From positions 115,446,001 through 115,510,000 of the forward strand of contig NC_086108.1 in assembly GCF_963921235.1 (NCBI RefSeq): a DNA stretch of 64,000 nucleotides, in the 5' to 3' direction. Shown piece by piece: positions 51,120 through 64,000 of this stretch (within the stretch, counting starts at the first letter, position 1; each line of letters opens with the position of its first letter). The DNA is from Mobula hypostoma. Taxonomy: Eukaryota. Both the position numbers and the translations under genes were made by a program. The notes below the pieces were generated by a model. The model was not told the origin of the DNA. It saw only the letters and a list, made by a program, of their open reading frames with translations, and made no database searches.

Positions 51120-53215
51120 TGGTAAGCGAACCATAATGTTAAAAAACGATACAGAAAACCTTTTCAGATATACAATATAAAGAGTAAAAGACAGGTGAGA
51201 ATGGAATTTTGTACCACTTGAAAATGCCACAGGAGAGTTAATATTGGGGAACAAGGAAATGGCGGACAGATTAAATCAATGTGAAAGACAAACTGTATGC
51301 TGAAAGTTCGAGAGTATCAGGGGGCAGGAATGAGTGTTGTTGCTATTTCTTTGGAGACCGTGCTTAGGAAGTGAAAGGTCAGATGGTAGATAAGTCAACT
51401 GGAGCAGATGGACTACACCCAAAGATTCTGAAGGAGGTAGCTGGAGAGATTGTGCAGGCATTAATAATGACCTTCCAAGAGTTACTAGATTCTGGAATGG
51501 TTCCTCAGGACTGGAAAGCTGCAAATGTCACTCCACACTTTAAGAAGTAAGGGAGGCAGTAGAAAGGAATTTTTATTGGCCTGTTTGCCTGACTTCAGTG
51601 GTTGGAAAGATTTCTGAGTTTGTTATTAAGGATATGGTTTTGGGGTACTTGGATAAAATAGGCCAAGGTCAGCATTGTTTTCTAAAGGGAAAAGCTCCCC
51701 TGACAAATCTGTTGGAATTCTTTGAGGAACTAACAGGCAGGATAGGCAAAGGAGAGTCAGTGGATGGTTTTGGTTTGGGTTTTCTGAAGTCCGTTGACCA
51801 GGTGCCATGCAGGAGGCTGCTTAGCAAGGTAAGAGCCCATGGTATTACTGGGAAGGTATGTCATGGGTAGGTGACTGGCTGACTGTCAGGAGTAAAGGAG
51901 ACCGGTGACTAGTGATGTGCCGTGTGGGTCAGTGTTACGACTGCCGCTTTTCACAGTAATGTCAATGATTCCGGTGAAGGAATTGATGGCTTTGTGATAG
52001 GCTTGTAACCAACTTTGCAGATGAGATGAAGGGAGGTGGAGAGGCAGGTAGTGTTGAGGAGCAGGTGTCTGCAGAAGGGCTTAATCAGAATGGGGAAATG
52101 CGCAAAGTAGAAGGTGGAATATAGTGTGGACTATTTCCCAAGTGGGGAGAAAATTCAAAAATCAGAAGTGCAAAGAGACTTGATTCCCGAAAGGTTAACT
52201 TACAGCTTGAGTCGGTGGTGAGGAGGGTAGATACGATGTTAATGTTCATTTCAAGAGGACAAGAATATAAAAACAAGGATGTAATATTGAGGCTTTATAA
52301 AACATTGACCAGACTACACTTTAAGTATTGTGAGCAGTTTTAGGCCCCAAATCAAAGAAAAGATGCGCTTGCATTAGGGAGGGTTCAGAGGATGTCTCTG
52401 GGAATGAAAGGGTTAATCCACGAGGAGGGTTTGATGGCTCTGGGCCTTTACCATTGCAGTTTAGATGAATGAGCGGTGACTTCATTGAAACCTGACGAAC
52501 ATTGAGAAGCGTAGATAGAGTGGATGTTGAGAGGATGTTTTCTATCGTGAGGGAGTCCAGGATCAGAGGGCGCAGCCTCAGAATGAGGGATGTCCGTTTA
52601 GAACAGAGATGAGGAGGAGTTTCTTGAGCCAGTGAGTGATGAATCTGTGGAATTCATTGCCGCAGATGGCTGTGCAGGCCAAGTCATTGGGTATGTTTAA
52701 GTCAGAGATTGATAGGCTCTTGGTTAATTGGAGAATCAAAGTTTACAGGAAGAAGGCAGGAGAATGGGGTTGAGAGGAATAATATATCAGCCATGATGGA
52801 ATGGCAGAGCTGACTCGATGGGCCAAATGGCACAATTCTGCAGCTTTGTCTTATTGTCTAATATTCCAAATGTGGTCCAACCAGAATTTTATAAAGCGAC
52901 ATTACTTAGAGACTAATGATACAGTAAGTCAAAGTCAGCATGGGAGATCTTGCTGGACAAATCTGTGAGAGTTCTTCAAGAGAGTAACCAGCAGGCTGGA
53001 CAAAGGAGAGGCAGTGGGTGTCGTTTACTTGGATTTTCAGAAGGCGTTGATATGTTGCTACACACGAGGCTGTTTAACAAGGCAAAATCCTTTGGCGTAA
53101 CAGGAAAGTTACTGGCATGGACAGCGGAATGGCTGACAGGCAGGAGGCAGTGAGTGGGAGTAAAGGGGGCCTTTTCTGATTGGCTGCCGGTGACTGGTGG
53201 TGTTCCTCAGGGCTC
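51120..53215 (+). mobile_element. CR1 LINE fragments (old)
   Basis: LTNLLEFFEELT, VRAHGI.GK, CR1 tail at ~52790-52855; a second RT fragment at 52910-53210. Confidence 0.8.
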
Positions 53216-53274
53216 CTGTTTCCAGTGATCTTCAGTTCGTAAAATCCATCTTGATCAAAAGCTCCTATCCCGAG

Positions 53275-53655
53275 GAGTAACACCTTATACCTGTCTGGGT
53301 AACTTCTGACCAGATGGCATGAACATTAATTCCTCTGGCTTCCGGTATTCCTCCCACTTCCCCTTTCTCCCTATTTCCATTCCCCATTCTAGTTAGTCTC
53401 TTACCCCTTGTCTTCTCTACATCTGCCTCACCCCCTTCCTTCACTTTCTCCCATGGTTCATTCTTCTTCAGCCCTTTTACCACTTCCACCTGCCAGCTTC
53501 TCACTCCATTTCCCCTCTCCCCCACCCACCTTCCCCCCTCACCTGGCAAAGGACCTCGGCCCAAAACGTTGACTGTTTGTTCATCTCCATGGATGTTGCC
53601 TGACCTGTTGAGTTCCTCCACATTTTGTGTGTGTGGCATCTGCAGAATCTCTTGT
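53275..53655 (+). mobile_element. Penelope pseudo-LTR fragment (old)
   Basis: Similar to 8545-9019 (AACACCTTAT..CTGGG..GATGGCATGAACATT ... CCCAAAACGTTGACT). Confidence 0.75.
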
Positions 53656-55399
53656 AGTCAGGAAAATAGCATAGAAATACCTCAGACATGATCTTCCTGA
53701 CTGGTGAGGCTCACCCAGGGGGCTGATAGGAATACCTCAGACATGATCTTCCTGACATGTGAAGCTCACCCAGGGGATAGACGGAGGGACCTCAGACACG
53801 ATCTTCCTGATTGGCAGAGCTCACTCAGGGGACAGATGTATGATTCTTTCTCTTGTATGTCCTTAGACTCTTAAAATCCACCTTGATCTAAAGCTGTTGC
53901 CTTTTACAAACAGAGGTTTAATCTTCAGGAGATAAGCTTCCCGAAATATTCATCTCGCAGCTGATAATCCATTGTAACATCAATACGAGAGCTCAGCTGA
54001 GAAAATTAATCCTTCTACACATGACAAGACAGTATTTAGAATATCAGAACAAGCTGAGGCAGGGCGTTCACAGTTATATCAACAGAATGGGGACTTTAAC
54101 AAATGTATTCAAGTCCTTTGAGGATATAATTAGTGAGGTGACAAAGGGAAAGTGAGTGGACATATGAATGCATACATTAGGGGCAAGATTAAGCCAAGTT
54201 CACTTGCTAGTAGACAAGATGACAGTTGGTTCAAATGCAATCTCACCTATCCCAGTAACCTTTCACCCAGTAGCTCAACAAAATCTTTCTGTCTCAGAAA
54301 TATGCTACTGTCCTTTGAGGAGGAGAATTTCAAAGACACCAGTCAGCCAATCTCTGCCTCATCTCTCCCTTAACAAACTGTGCCCTTGTTTTGTTTTGAA
54401 AACAGTGACTAGATTCTCCAGCTAGCAGAAACAACCTGCCACATGCACCATCCACATCGTAGAGTCATAATGTCCAATACAGCACGGAAACAGTCTCTTC
54501 AGCCCATCTAGTCAATGCCAGATCATTTAAACATCCTACTCCCATCGAGCTGCACCTCGAGCACAGCCCTTCACACCCCTACCATTCCAAACTTCTCTTA
54601 AACATTGAAATTGAGCTCACACGCACCACTTGTGCTAGCAGCTCATTCCACACGCTCACAACGCTCTAAGTGAAGAAATTTCTCTTTATTTTCCCCTTAA
54701 GCTTTTCACCTATCAGCCTTAACCCTTGACCTCTGGTTGTAATCCCACCCAACCTCAGTGGAAAAAGCCTACTTGCATTTACCCAATCTATAGTTTTCAT
54801 AATTTTGTATATCTCTATCAAATCTTCTCTCAATCTTCCATGTTTCAAGGATTAAAATCCTATCCTATTCTATCTTTCCTTGTTACTCAGGTCCTCCAGA
54901 CCTGGCAACATCCTTGTAAATTTTCTCTGTACTCTTTCAATCTTATTTACATCTTTCTTGTATGCAGGTGACAAAAACTGCACACGTTACTCCAAATTAG
55001 GCCTCGTTAATGTCTTAATCATAATATCCCATCTTCTGTTCTCAATACACTGACTTATGAAGGCCAATGTGCCAGGAGCTTTCTTTATGGCCCTTTTCAG
55101 TCCATTTCTCTCTTATTCCACTAAACTGAGTGGATTCAGGACCAGAGTTACTTCAGAAGATAACCCTGCTTGTCCAGGCATCCAACCAGGAAACCTCATT
55201 CCATTACGCTGAACAGATTCAGGGCCAATATCCTTTCGGAATGCACCCATTATTCCTCCAGGCGTTAGACCACCAAGTGTTGTTCCAGTACACTGAATGG
55301 ATTCAGGGCCAATTCTCCTTCAGAAGACCCCCTCCCTGTCTGGGTGTCAGATCAGTAAATCTTCTGCAAACAGCTTGCCATGCATCAATATCCTTTCAC

Positions 55400-55932
55400 A
55401 TATACTTGGTGGCCACTGAGTCTTTGTTCATGGTCTTCTGCCACTGTAGCCCATTCATTTCAAGGTTCGGTGTGTTGTGTGTTCAGAGATGCTCTTCTGC
55501 ACACACCTGTTGTAGTGTGTGATTATTTAAGTTACTGTCACCTTCCTGTCAGATTGGACCAGTCTGGCCATTCTCCTTTGACCTCTCTCATCAATAAGGT
55601 GTTTCCGTTCACAGAACTGTCACTCATTGGATGTTTTCTGATTTTCACACCATCTCTGTAAACTCTACAGACTGTTGTGCGTGAAAATCTCAGGAGATCA
55701 GCAGTTTCTGAGATACTCAAACCATCCTGTCTGGCACCAACATTCATTCCATGGCAAAGTCACAGATCCCATTTTTTGCCCATTCTGATGTTTGATCTGG
55801 ACAACAAATGAATCTCTTGGTCATGCCTGCATGATCTTATGTATTGAGTTGTTGCCACATGACTGACTGATTAGATTTTTGCATTAATGAGCGGGTGTAC
55901 AGGTGTACCTAATAAAGTGGCCACTGAGTGTG
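55400..55932 (-). mobile_element. Non-autonomous Tc1-family element (second copy ~61880-62315)
   Basis: VGARQDGLSISETADLLRFSRTTVCRVYR is a Tc1 HTH remnant; end GTACCTAATAAAGTGGCCACTGAGTG. Confidence 0.8.
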
Positions 55933-56596
55933 TGTGGAGATGAAAGTGTTGGGGACTCTGATAGCTCAACAAGGACCTCCTTACCGTTGGATTCAGCTTA
56001 TTTATTTATATATTTGGAGATACGGCGTGGAATAGGCCCTCACAGCCCTTAAGCCACACTACTCTGCCAACCGCTGAAATCCCAATCTAACCCTAACCTA
56101 ATCACAGGAACATTTACAGTGACTAATTAACCTTCTCAGTATGTCTATCAACCTTCACTTTAAGTACACTAATAATATATGCATCTAAGTTTTATAAAAC
56201 TTTACTGGCTCAGCCCTCAGCCTCCTATTTTCTGGTGAGAGCAACCCCAGCCTATCCGTCTCACCTCATAACTCCAGGCATCCATACCATGCGACATACT
56301 GATGAACCTCTTCCATTCACTCTCTATTACCGCCCCCCACCCCATCTCCTGTGGTGTGGTGACCAGAGATGTACACAATAGTTCTTCCATTTTGGCTGCC
56401 AGAACAGGAATTACATTACATTCCCAGGGTCTTTGTCTGGATTCAAGATTCAAGATTGTTTGAATCATGTCCGGTACACAAGTGTAGAGAAGAACAAAAT
56501 AACTGTTACTCCGGATCCAACATAATACAAATAACACTAATAACAATAAAACACAATAAATATAAATACATAAGACTTTATCTCCATAGATTGATT

Positions 56597-57135
56597 AAGA
56601 CCTTAAGATATAGGACAGAAGTAGGCCATTCAGCCCATCGAGTCTGCTCAACCATTCAACCATGGGCTGATCCAATTCTTCCCGTCATCCCCACTCCCCT
56701 GCCTTCTCCCCATACCCTTTGATGCCCTGGCTAATCAAGAATCTATCTATCTCTGCCTTAAACACACCCAATGACTTGGCCTCCACAGCCATTCGTGGCA
56801 ACAAATTCCATAGATTTACCACCTTCTGACTAAAGTAATTCCTCTGCATCTCTGTTCTAAATGGATGTTCTTCTATCCTAAAGTCGTGCTGTCTTGTCCT
56901 AGACTTCTCTAACATGGGAAATAACTTTGCCATATCTAATCTGTTCAGGCCTTTTAACATTCGGAACATTTCTATGGGATCCCACCCTCATTCTCCTGAA
57001 CTCCAGGGAATACAGCCCAAGAGCTGCCAGATGTTCCTCATAATGTAACCCTTTCATTCCTGGAATCATTCTTATGAATCTTCTCTGAACCCTCTCCAAT
57101 GTCAGTATATCCTTTCTAAAATAAGGAGCCCAAAA
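56597..57135 (-). mobile_element. CR1 3' end inserted in a Rex-type 3' UTR
   Basis: ERVQRRFIRMIPGMKGL...FSQKVVNLWNLLP; the host repeat resumes at CATAGATTG/ATAGATTG. Confidence 0.85.
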
Positions 57136-57211
57136 GTGCAGATAGATTGTATGTCCATAGAGTGACGCTAGGCACAGGAGTGTCTGACAGGAAATGATAA
57201 AGTAGTGGTGA

Positions 57212-57923
57212 TTGGGGGTGTGGAGGGGTGGGTTAGTGGGTGGGGGTGTGGAGGGGTGGGTTATTGGTCGGGGATGTGGAGGGGTGGGTTAGTGGGTGGG
57301 GGTGTGGAGGGGTGAGTTAGTGGTTCGGGGTGTGGAGGGGTGGGTTAGTGGGTGGGGGTGTGGAGGGGTGGGTTAGTGGTTGGGGTGTGGAGGGGTGGGT
57401 TAGTGGGTGGGGGTGTGGAGGGGTGGGTTATTGGTCGGGGGTGTGGAGGGGTGGGTTAGTGGGTGGGGGTGTGGAGGGGTGGGTTAGTGGTTCGGGGTGG
57501 TGGAGGGGTGGGTTAGTGGGTGGGGATGTGGAGGGGTGGGTTAGTGGGTGGGGATGTGGAGGGGTGGGTTAGTGGTTCGGGGTGTGGAGGGGTGGGTTAG
57601 TGGGTGGGGGTGTGGAGGGGTGGGTTAGTGGTTGGGGTGTGGAGGGGTGGGTTAGTGGGTGGGGGTGTGGAGGGGTGGGTTATTGGTCGGGGGTGTGGAG
57701 GGGTGGGTTAGTGGGTGGGGGTGTGGTGGGGTGGGTTAGTGGTTCGGGGTGGTGGAGGGGTGGGTTAGTGGGTGGGGATGTGGAGGGGTGGGTTAGTGGG
57801 TGGGGGTGTGGAGGGGTGGGTTAGTGGGTGGGGATGTGGAGGGGTGGGTTAGTGGGTGGGGATGTGGAGGGGTGGGTTAGTGGGTGGGGGTGTGGAGGGG
57901 TGGGTTAGTGGGTGGGGGTGTGG
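57212..57923. repeat. 28-bp G-rich minisatellite (GGGGGTGTGGAGGGGTGGGTTAGTGGGT), about 25 copies, with a 252-bp higher-order repeat
   Basis: Tandem units; near-identical ORFs start at 57330 and 57582 (offset 252 = 9 x 28). Confidence 0.95.
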
Positions 57924-59476
57924 ATCAGCCTTACTGCTTGGAGAAAGTAACTGCTTTTGAGTCTGGTGGTCCTGGCGTGGATGCTACGCAGCCTCCATCT
58001 GGGAGTGGGACAAACAGTGAATCTATCCGTATCCCAAACAACAGGAATTCTGCAGATGCTGGAAATTCATATCCATATCCCCCTGTGTTTGAAAGGAACG
58101 TACTGAAACTGTTCAGGTCAGGCAGAAGGATTTGAGGACTTCCATCAGAACTGGGAAATGGAACAGAAAACACCCCTCACCCCTCACACCTCACCTGTCA
58201 CCCTTTCCCAGCAAACCTCTGCCAACTGGCCGTCACCTTGTGTCCTCCAGCACTCAGTGGATGACCTTCAGGCCAGAATGCATCTCATTAGTATCGCGTG
58301 TCTCAGGAATCCAATTACACTGATATTACAATCCAAGTTCTCTGTTCAAACCCCTCTCAGGCAGAAATGTAATGTGATTCAGAATATTCTCCTGCAGACA
58401 CGGCGAGGGCAGTGGTTCGTGTTCCATGCATGTAACGTGTCTGCTCGGCCCTTTCTCCTTCACCAAATCTTCTGTCTGAGACTCCCTCCCCATCCGCCTA
58501 CACCGCTCTCCGAGACCCCACACCAACCCTTTCCCATCACCATCTCTCTACGCCTCTCCCCGTGACCCCCTGCAATCCTCACCCCCACAACCCCTCCCTA
58601 GTCACCATACCAATCCACATGTCTGTAACTCCTTCCCATTACTCTCCTGGAACCCTACCCCCTTCAGCCTCCTCCCGAGACCCCCACCCTGTCACTCGGT
58701 TGTCTTCTTGTGACCCCCACTCTGGCACAGCCCTCACTGTCTCTATGTCCTCCACACCACTCCCCATAAATCCCTCAAGCCCCTTTCATCCCTATACTCC
58801 CTCTGCACCTCTCTGAACCCCTCCCCTACCCTCTCAGTCCCTCGTCACTCCCTATTTCTTGTGTCTGAAAGAAACAAAATAATTGTTTAATATTATTTCC
58901 AGTACACAAGTGTATAGGAGAACAAAATAATTGTTACTCCAGATCCCATGGAGCACCAAAAAAAAACACAGTAAGAACACAATAATAAAAAACACAATGA
59001 ATATAAATAATGAAGGTGGCTTCTTTACATTGATTGTATGTCCATAAAATGACATCAGGCACAGAGTGTCTGTACATAAGGTGACTGACTGTAGTGGTGG
59101 CTGGGGGTGTGGAGGGGTGGGTTAGTGTGTGGAGGTGTTGATCAGCCTCACAGCAGGGGGAAAGTAACTGTTTTTGAGTCTGGTGGTCCTGACGTGGATG
59201 CTATGTGGCCTCCTCCCTGAAGGGAGAGGGACAAGCAGTCCATGAGCATGGTGGGTGGGATCCAGACCGTGACCTGTGACATCTCTCCCCTTGCCCTCCT
59301 ATCTCCCTCCCTTCCTGGCCTGTCTCTTTCCCTTGGTTCCATGTCCGCTGTGTCCTGACTCTGAACTATTCACCTCTCAAGGAAAATGTGAGTCATTGTT
59401 ATAGCACAGTCCCTGTCCCATTCTCCTGCGATCCATCCCATGATCCGGTTACCACGGTTACGAACGGCGAGCCAGT

Positions 59477-59768
59477 GGGTGGGCTGTGTGGGACGGGTGT
59501 GTTCCCCCTGTCACTCCTGGGCCTCCGTTGTCCCTGGGACCTCCTGTAATCACTGGGAGCCACTAATAGCGTCAATAACCGGAGTCATAATGCTGACAGA
59601 TTGTGTGAACACAGTCTCAGTTCAGAGAACATCTGTATGTTGGATCGGGGCAGATAAATGACACATAATTACTGGAATAAGACAAGGTGATGCGTCGCTC
59701 AAGGCTCACACTGAGGGATCCAGGCCCATCACTCCCAGTAATGGCCTTGAACACATCGACAGTTTCCA
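59477..59768 (+). repeat. Second copy of the 292-bp block at 22464-22755
   Basis: Direct alignment with 5 substitutions. Confidence 0.95.
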
Positions 59769-60057
59769 CAGAATCAGATAATGTGTACAGCATCAGAGGC
59801 CACTCCAGCACACTTGCATCCCCTTTCCCATCCACAAGACCCCTTTCCTGGACACTAAGGCCCTCTTCTACATCCTTCCCATAAACCCCTTCCTCTCTCT
59901 GGCTCCCTACCAGAGTCTCCCTCCCAATCCACTACCCATCTGCTTCTCAAGATCAACTTTATTATCATCTGACTGTACAGCCAAACGAAACAGCATTCCT
60001 CCAGACCATGGTCCACCACAAAATATATATCACACACAGCACATAAAACAAAATATT

Positions 60058-61037
60058 AGAAACATAGAAACATAGAAAATAGGTGCAGGAGTAGGCCATT
60101 CGGCCCTTCGAGCCTGCACCGCCATTTATTATGATCATGGCTGATCATCCAACTCAGAACCCAGCCTTCTCTCCATACCCCCTGACCCCTGTAGCCACAA
60201 GGGCCATATCTAACTTCCTTTTAAACATAGCTAATGAACTGGCCTCAACAGTTTGCTGTGGCAGAGAATTCCACAGATTCACCACTCTCTGTGTGAAGAA
60301 GTTTTTCCTAACCTCGGTCCTAAAAGGCTTCCCCTCTATCCTCAAACTGTGACCCCTCGTTCTAGACCTCCCCAACATCGGGAACAATCTTCCCGCATCT
60401 AGCCTGTCCAATCCCTTTAGGATTTTATAAGTTTCAATCAGATCCCCCCTCAATCTTCTAAATTCCAACGAGTACAAGCCCAGTTCATCCAGTCTTTCTT
60501 CATATGAAAGACCTGCCATCCCAGGAATCAATCTGGTGAACCTTCTTTGTACTCCCTCTATGGCAAAGATGTCTTTCCTCAGATTAGGGGACCAAAACTG
60601 CACACAATACTCCAGGTGTGGTCTCACCAAGGCCTTGTACAACTGCAGTAGTACCTCCCTGCTCCTGTACTCGAATCCTCTCGCTATAAATGCCAGCATA
60701 CCGTTCGCCTTTTTCACCGCCTGCTGTACCTGCATGCCCACTTTCAATGACTGGTGTATAATGACACCCAGGTCTCGTTGCACCTCCCCTTTTCCTAATC
60801 GGCCACCATTCAGATAATAATCTGTTTTCCTATTTTTGCCACCAAAGTGGATAACTTCACATTTATCCACATTAAATTGCATCTGCCATGAGTTTGCCCA
60901 CTCACCCAACCTATCCAAGTCACCCTGCATCCTCTTAGCATCCTCCTCACTGCTAACACTGCCACCCAGCTTCGTGTCATCCGCAAACTTGGAGATGCTG
61001 CATTTAATTCCCTCATCCAAGTCATTAATATATATTG
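60058..61037 (-). mobile_element. Young 5'-truncated CR1 LINE with an open RT C-terminal frame (60154-61020)
   Basis: ISKFADDTKLGG...WQMQFNVDKC...LYKALVRPHLEYC...WNSLP without stops; (ATAGAAAC)n tail. A near-identical 3' end lies at 63012-63270. Confidence 0.95.
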
Positions 61038-62334
61038 TATTATTAAAATATTACCATAGGTAAGTCAATAAACTAGGATTCAAAATGCATGCAGTGCACA
61101 GCACAGGCAAACAGCAAACGCCACTGTCCTCGTGATGAGATGTCGGTGATGGCAGGGTATTCAGTAGTTTCACAGCCTGAGGAATAAAGCTGCTCCCCAC
61201 TCTAGTAGTCCTAGTTCCGATATTCCTGTACCTCCTTCCTGATAGATGTGGGTCACAGAGATTGTGGGATGGGCGGTAGGGATCCTTAACAATGCTTCAG
61301 GTGATGACCTTAAAAATGTTGTTCCACTGTAATACTTTGTACTCACTGAAGGCCACAGCATACACAGTGTTTCATTCACATCCACACACTGTTTAAACGT
61401 TCCTCCTCACCCCCCACTCTCACTCCTCAACCCCTCTGTTATATTCACGAGACCAGTCCTTCACCACTGCATGGGTAGGAACAGTTCTCACTGTCTACTC
61501 AGTTCAGACCATGAATTTTGCACAGAGGCAGGAGATGCTGGAAGTCTGGAATAATAGAAAGAGCCGGAGGAACTTAGCATGTCAGGCAGCATCTGTGGAG
61601 GGAGAAGAAGTATTGACGTACTTTAGGTGGGGACCAGAAAGGTCTGCCTGACCTGCAGAATTCCTCCAACTCCTTAGTGCGTTGCTTTGCACTTTATATA
61701 ATTCTGCTCCAAGCCACACCCTCTGCAATCCATCACTGCAACTGTCAAACCTCCACTCTTGAACTGGTCCCAATAACCTCTTCAGCACCCTTCCTCGTGC
61801 TAGTTAGTCCTTTCCTCTGCCCCAGAATTCCAACTTCTGCAACTCAAAGTTCAATAGAAATTTATTATCAAAGACCATGTACTCTCTGTGGCAACTTTAT
61901 TAGGGGCAGGAGTGGAAGCAGGTGTGTCTTCTGTTGCTGTAGCCCATCCACTTTAAGGTCCAATATGTTGTGTGTTCAGAGATGCTCTTCTGTACACCAC
62001 TGTTGGAATGCGTGGCTATTTAAGTTGCCTTCCTGTCAGCTTGAATGGGTTTGGCCATTCTTTGCTGATCTTTCTCATTAACAAGGCATTTTCATCCACA
62101 GAACTGTCACTCACTGGAAGTCTTTTTATTTTTCGCACCATTCACTGCAAATCTCAGAGAAAATCCCAGAAGATTAGCAGTTTCTGAGATACTCAAACCA
62201 CCCAATCTGACACCAACAATCGTTCCATGGAGAAAGTCAGTTAGATTACATTTCTTCCCCATCCTGATGTTTGATCTGAATAACAACTGAACCTTTTGAC
62301 CATGTCTGCATGTTTATAGAAAATAGAACATGTG

Positions 62335-63922
62335 TATGGTCTGTGGTCTAAGTCTGTTCCTATGTCTGTGGTCTATGGTCTATGGTCCAATTCTGCTCTG
62401 ATGTCTATGGTCGAATTCTTCCCCTATGTCTATAATCTATGGTCTAACTCTGCTGGTATGTCTATGATCGATGGTCTGTGGTCTACGGACTAATTTCGCT
62501 CCTATGTCCATGGTATATGGTTTAATTCTGTCCATATGTCTATGATCTATGGTCTATGGTCTAATTCTGCTCCTTTGTTTATGGTCTCTTGTCTATGGAC
62601 TAATTCTGCCCCTATGTCTGTGGTCTATGGTCTAATTCTGCTCTGATATCTATGGTCTAATTCTGCTCCTAGGTCTATAATCTATTGTCTAACTCTGCTG
62701 GTATGTCTATGATCGATGGTCTGCGGTCTACGGACTAATTCTGCCCCTATGTCTATGATCTATGGTCTAACTCTGCTGGTATGTCTATGATCGATGGTCT
62801 GAGGTCTATGGACTAATTCTGCTCTTACGTCTGTGGTGTATGGTCAGGTCTAATTCAGTTCCTATGTTTATGGTCTGTGTTCTGTGGTCTAATTCTGCTC
62901 CTATGTCTATGGTCTAGTTCTGCCTCAATGTCTATGATTGATGGTCTATGTCTATGGACTAATTCTGTTTCAATGTCTACGGTCTATAGTCTAGTTCAGC
63001 TCCTTTGTTTATAGAAACATAGAAACATAGAAAATAGGTGCAGGAGTAGGCCATTTGGCCCTTCGAGCCTGCACCGCCATTTATTATGATCATGGCTGAT
63101 CATCCAACTCAGAACCCTGCCCCAGCCTTCCCTCCATACCCCCTGACCCCTGTAGCCACAAGGGCCATATCTAACTCCCTCTTAAACATAGCCAATGAAC
63201 TGGCCTCAACAGTTTCCTGTGGCAGAGAATTCCACAGATTCACCACTCTCTGTGTGAAGAAGTTTTTCCTAATTATGGTCTCTGATCTATGGATTAATTC
63301 TGCTCCCATGTCTATGCTCTATTGTCTATGGTCTAATTCAGCTCCTATGTTTATGGTCTCTGGTCCATGGTCTAATTCTGCCCATATGTCTATGATCTAT
63401 GGTCTACGGTCAATTCTGCTCCTGCATCTATGGTTTATTGTCTAATTCTACTCCAATGTCTATGGTCTATGGTTTAATTCTACTGCTGTGTCTATGATCT
63501 ATGCTCTATGGTCTAATTCAGCTCCTATTTCTATGACATATGACTATGGTCTAATTTAGCTCCTATGTCTGTGGTCTTTGGGCTATGGTCTAATTCAGCT
63601 TCTATATCTATGACCTATGACTATGGTCTAAATTAGCTCCTATGTCTGTGGTCTTTGGGCTATAGTCTAATTCTGTCCCTATGTCTATGACCTATGACTA
63701 TGGTCTAATTCAGCTCCTATGTCTGTGGTCTTTGGGCTATGGTCTAATTCTGTTCCTATGTCTGTGGTCTTTGGGCTATGGTCTAATTCTGTTCCTATGT
63801 CTATGACCTATGACTATGGTCTAATTCAGCTCCTATGTCTGTGGTCTTTGGGCTATGGTCTAATTCTGTTCCTATGTCTGTGGTCTTTGGGCTATGGTCT
63901 AATTCTGTTCCTATGTCCATAG
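62335..63922. repeat. Degenerate satellite (TATGGTCTAATTCTGCTCCTATGTC-like, ~25-39 bp units), interrupted by a CR1 3' end at 63012-63270
   Basis: Visible tandem units. Confidence 0.9.
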
Positions 63923-64000
63923 TCTGTCGCCAATCCCTCTCCATGCTATCCAGCTTTTTTATGTCGAAGTGGCTCAACTGTTCTGAGAAGCCTGCTACTT

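Noticed and set aside
55126..55332. C2H2 zinc-finger array (84-bp period)
   Set aside because: No Cys/His pattern or TGEKP linker in the frames examined.
57212..57923. Interstitial telomere
   Set aside because: GGGTTAG occurs once per 28-bp unit, not as (TTAGGG)n, and the unit derives from a LINE UTR.

Overview
This is eukaryotic, repeat-saturated DNA, most consistent with a cartilaginous fish (ray or shark) intergenic or intronic region. The basis is HE1/V-SINE-like SINEs, CR1 and Rex/Babar LINEs, Tc1 transposons and sushi-like Gypsy elements. No host exon, rRNA, tRNA gene or CRISPR array can be supported; all recognisable coding sequence is transposon-derived and mostly decayed. Main contents are a Neptune-like Penelope retroelement (RT plus GIY-YIG) with an inverted pseudo-LTR, a Tc1 carrying nested Nimb-like LINE and Gypsy insertions, a two-LTR chromodomain Gypsy inside a CR1, many CR1/Rex fragments and several minisatellites. 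Four observations stand out. (1) Two different LTR elements have a primer-binding site complementary to their own LTR just downstream of a TATA-like motif, which suggests Tf1/sushi-type self-priming; one is a non-coding mini-element with a 188-bp internal region. (2) There is a series of 34-170 bp Penelope-derived mini-insertions with 12-14 bp target duplications, some carrying minimal hammerhead ribozyme motifs. (3) Several minisatellites can be traced to their transposon seed sequences. (4) A 292-bp unique-looking block is duplicated at about 98% identity 37 kb apart. All alignments were done by eye, so coordinates of decayed fragments are approximate.
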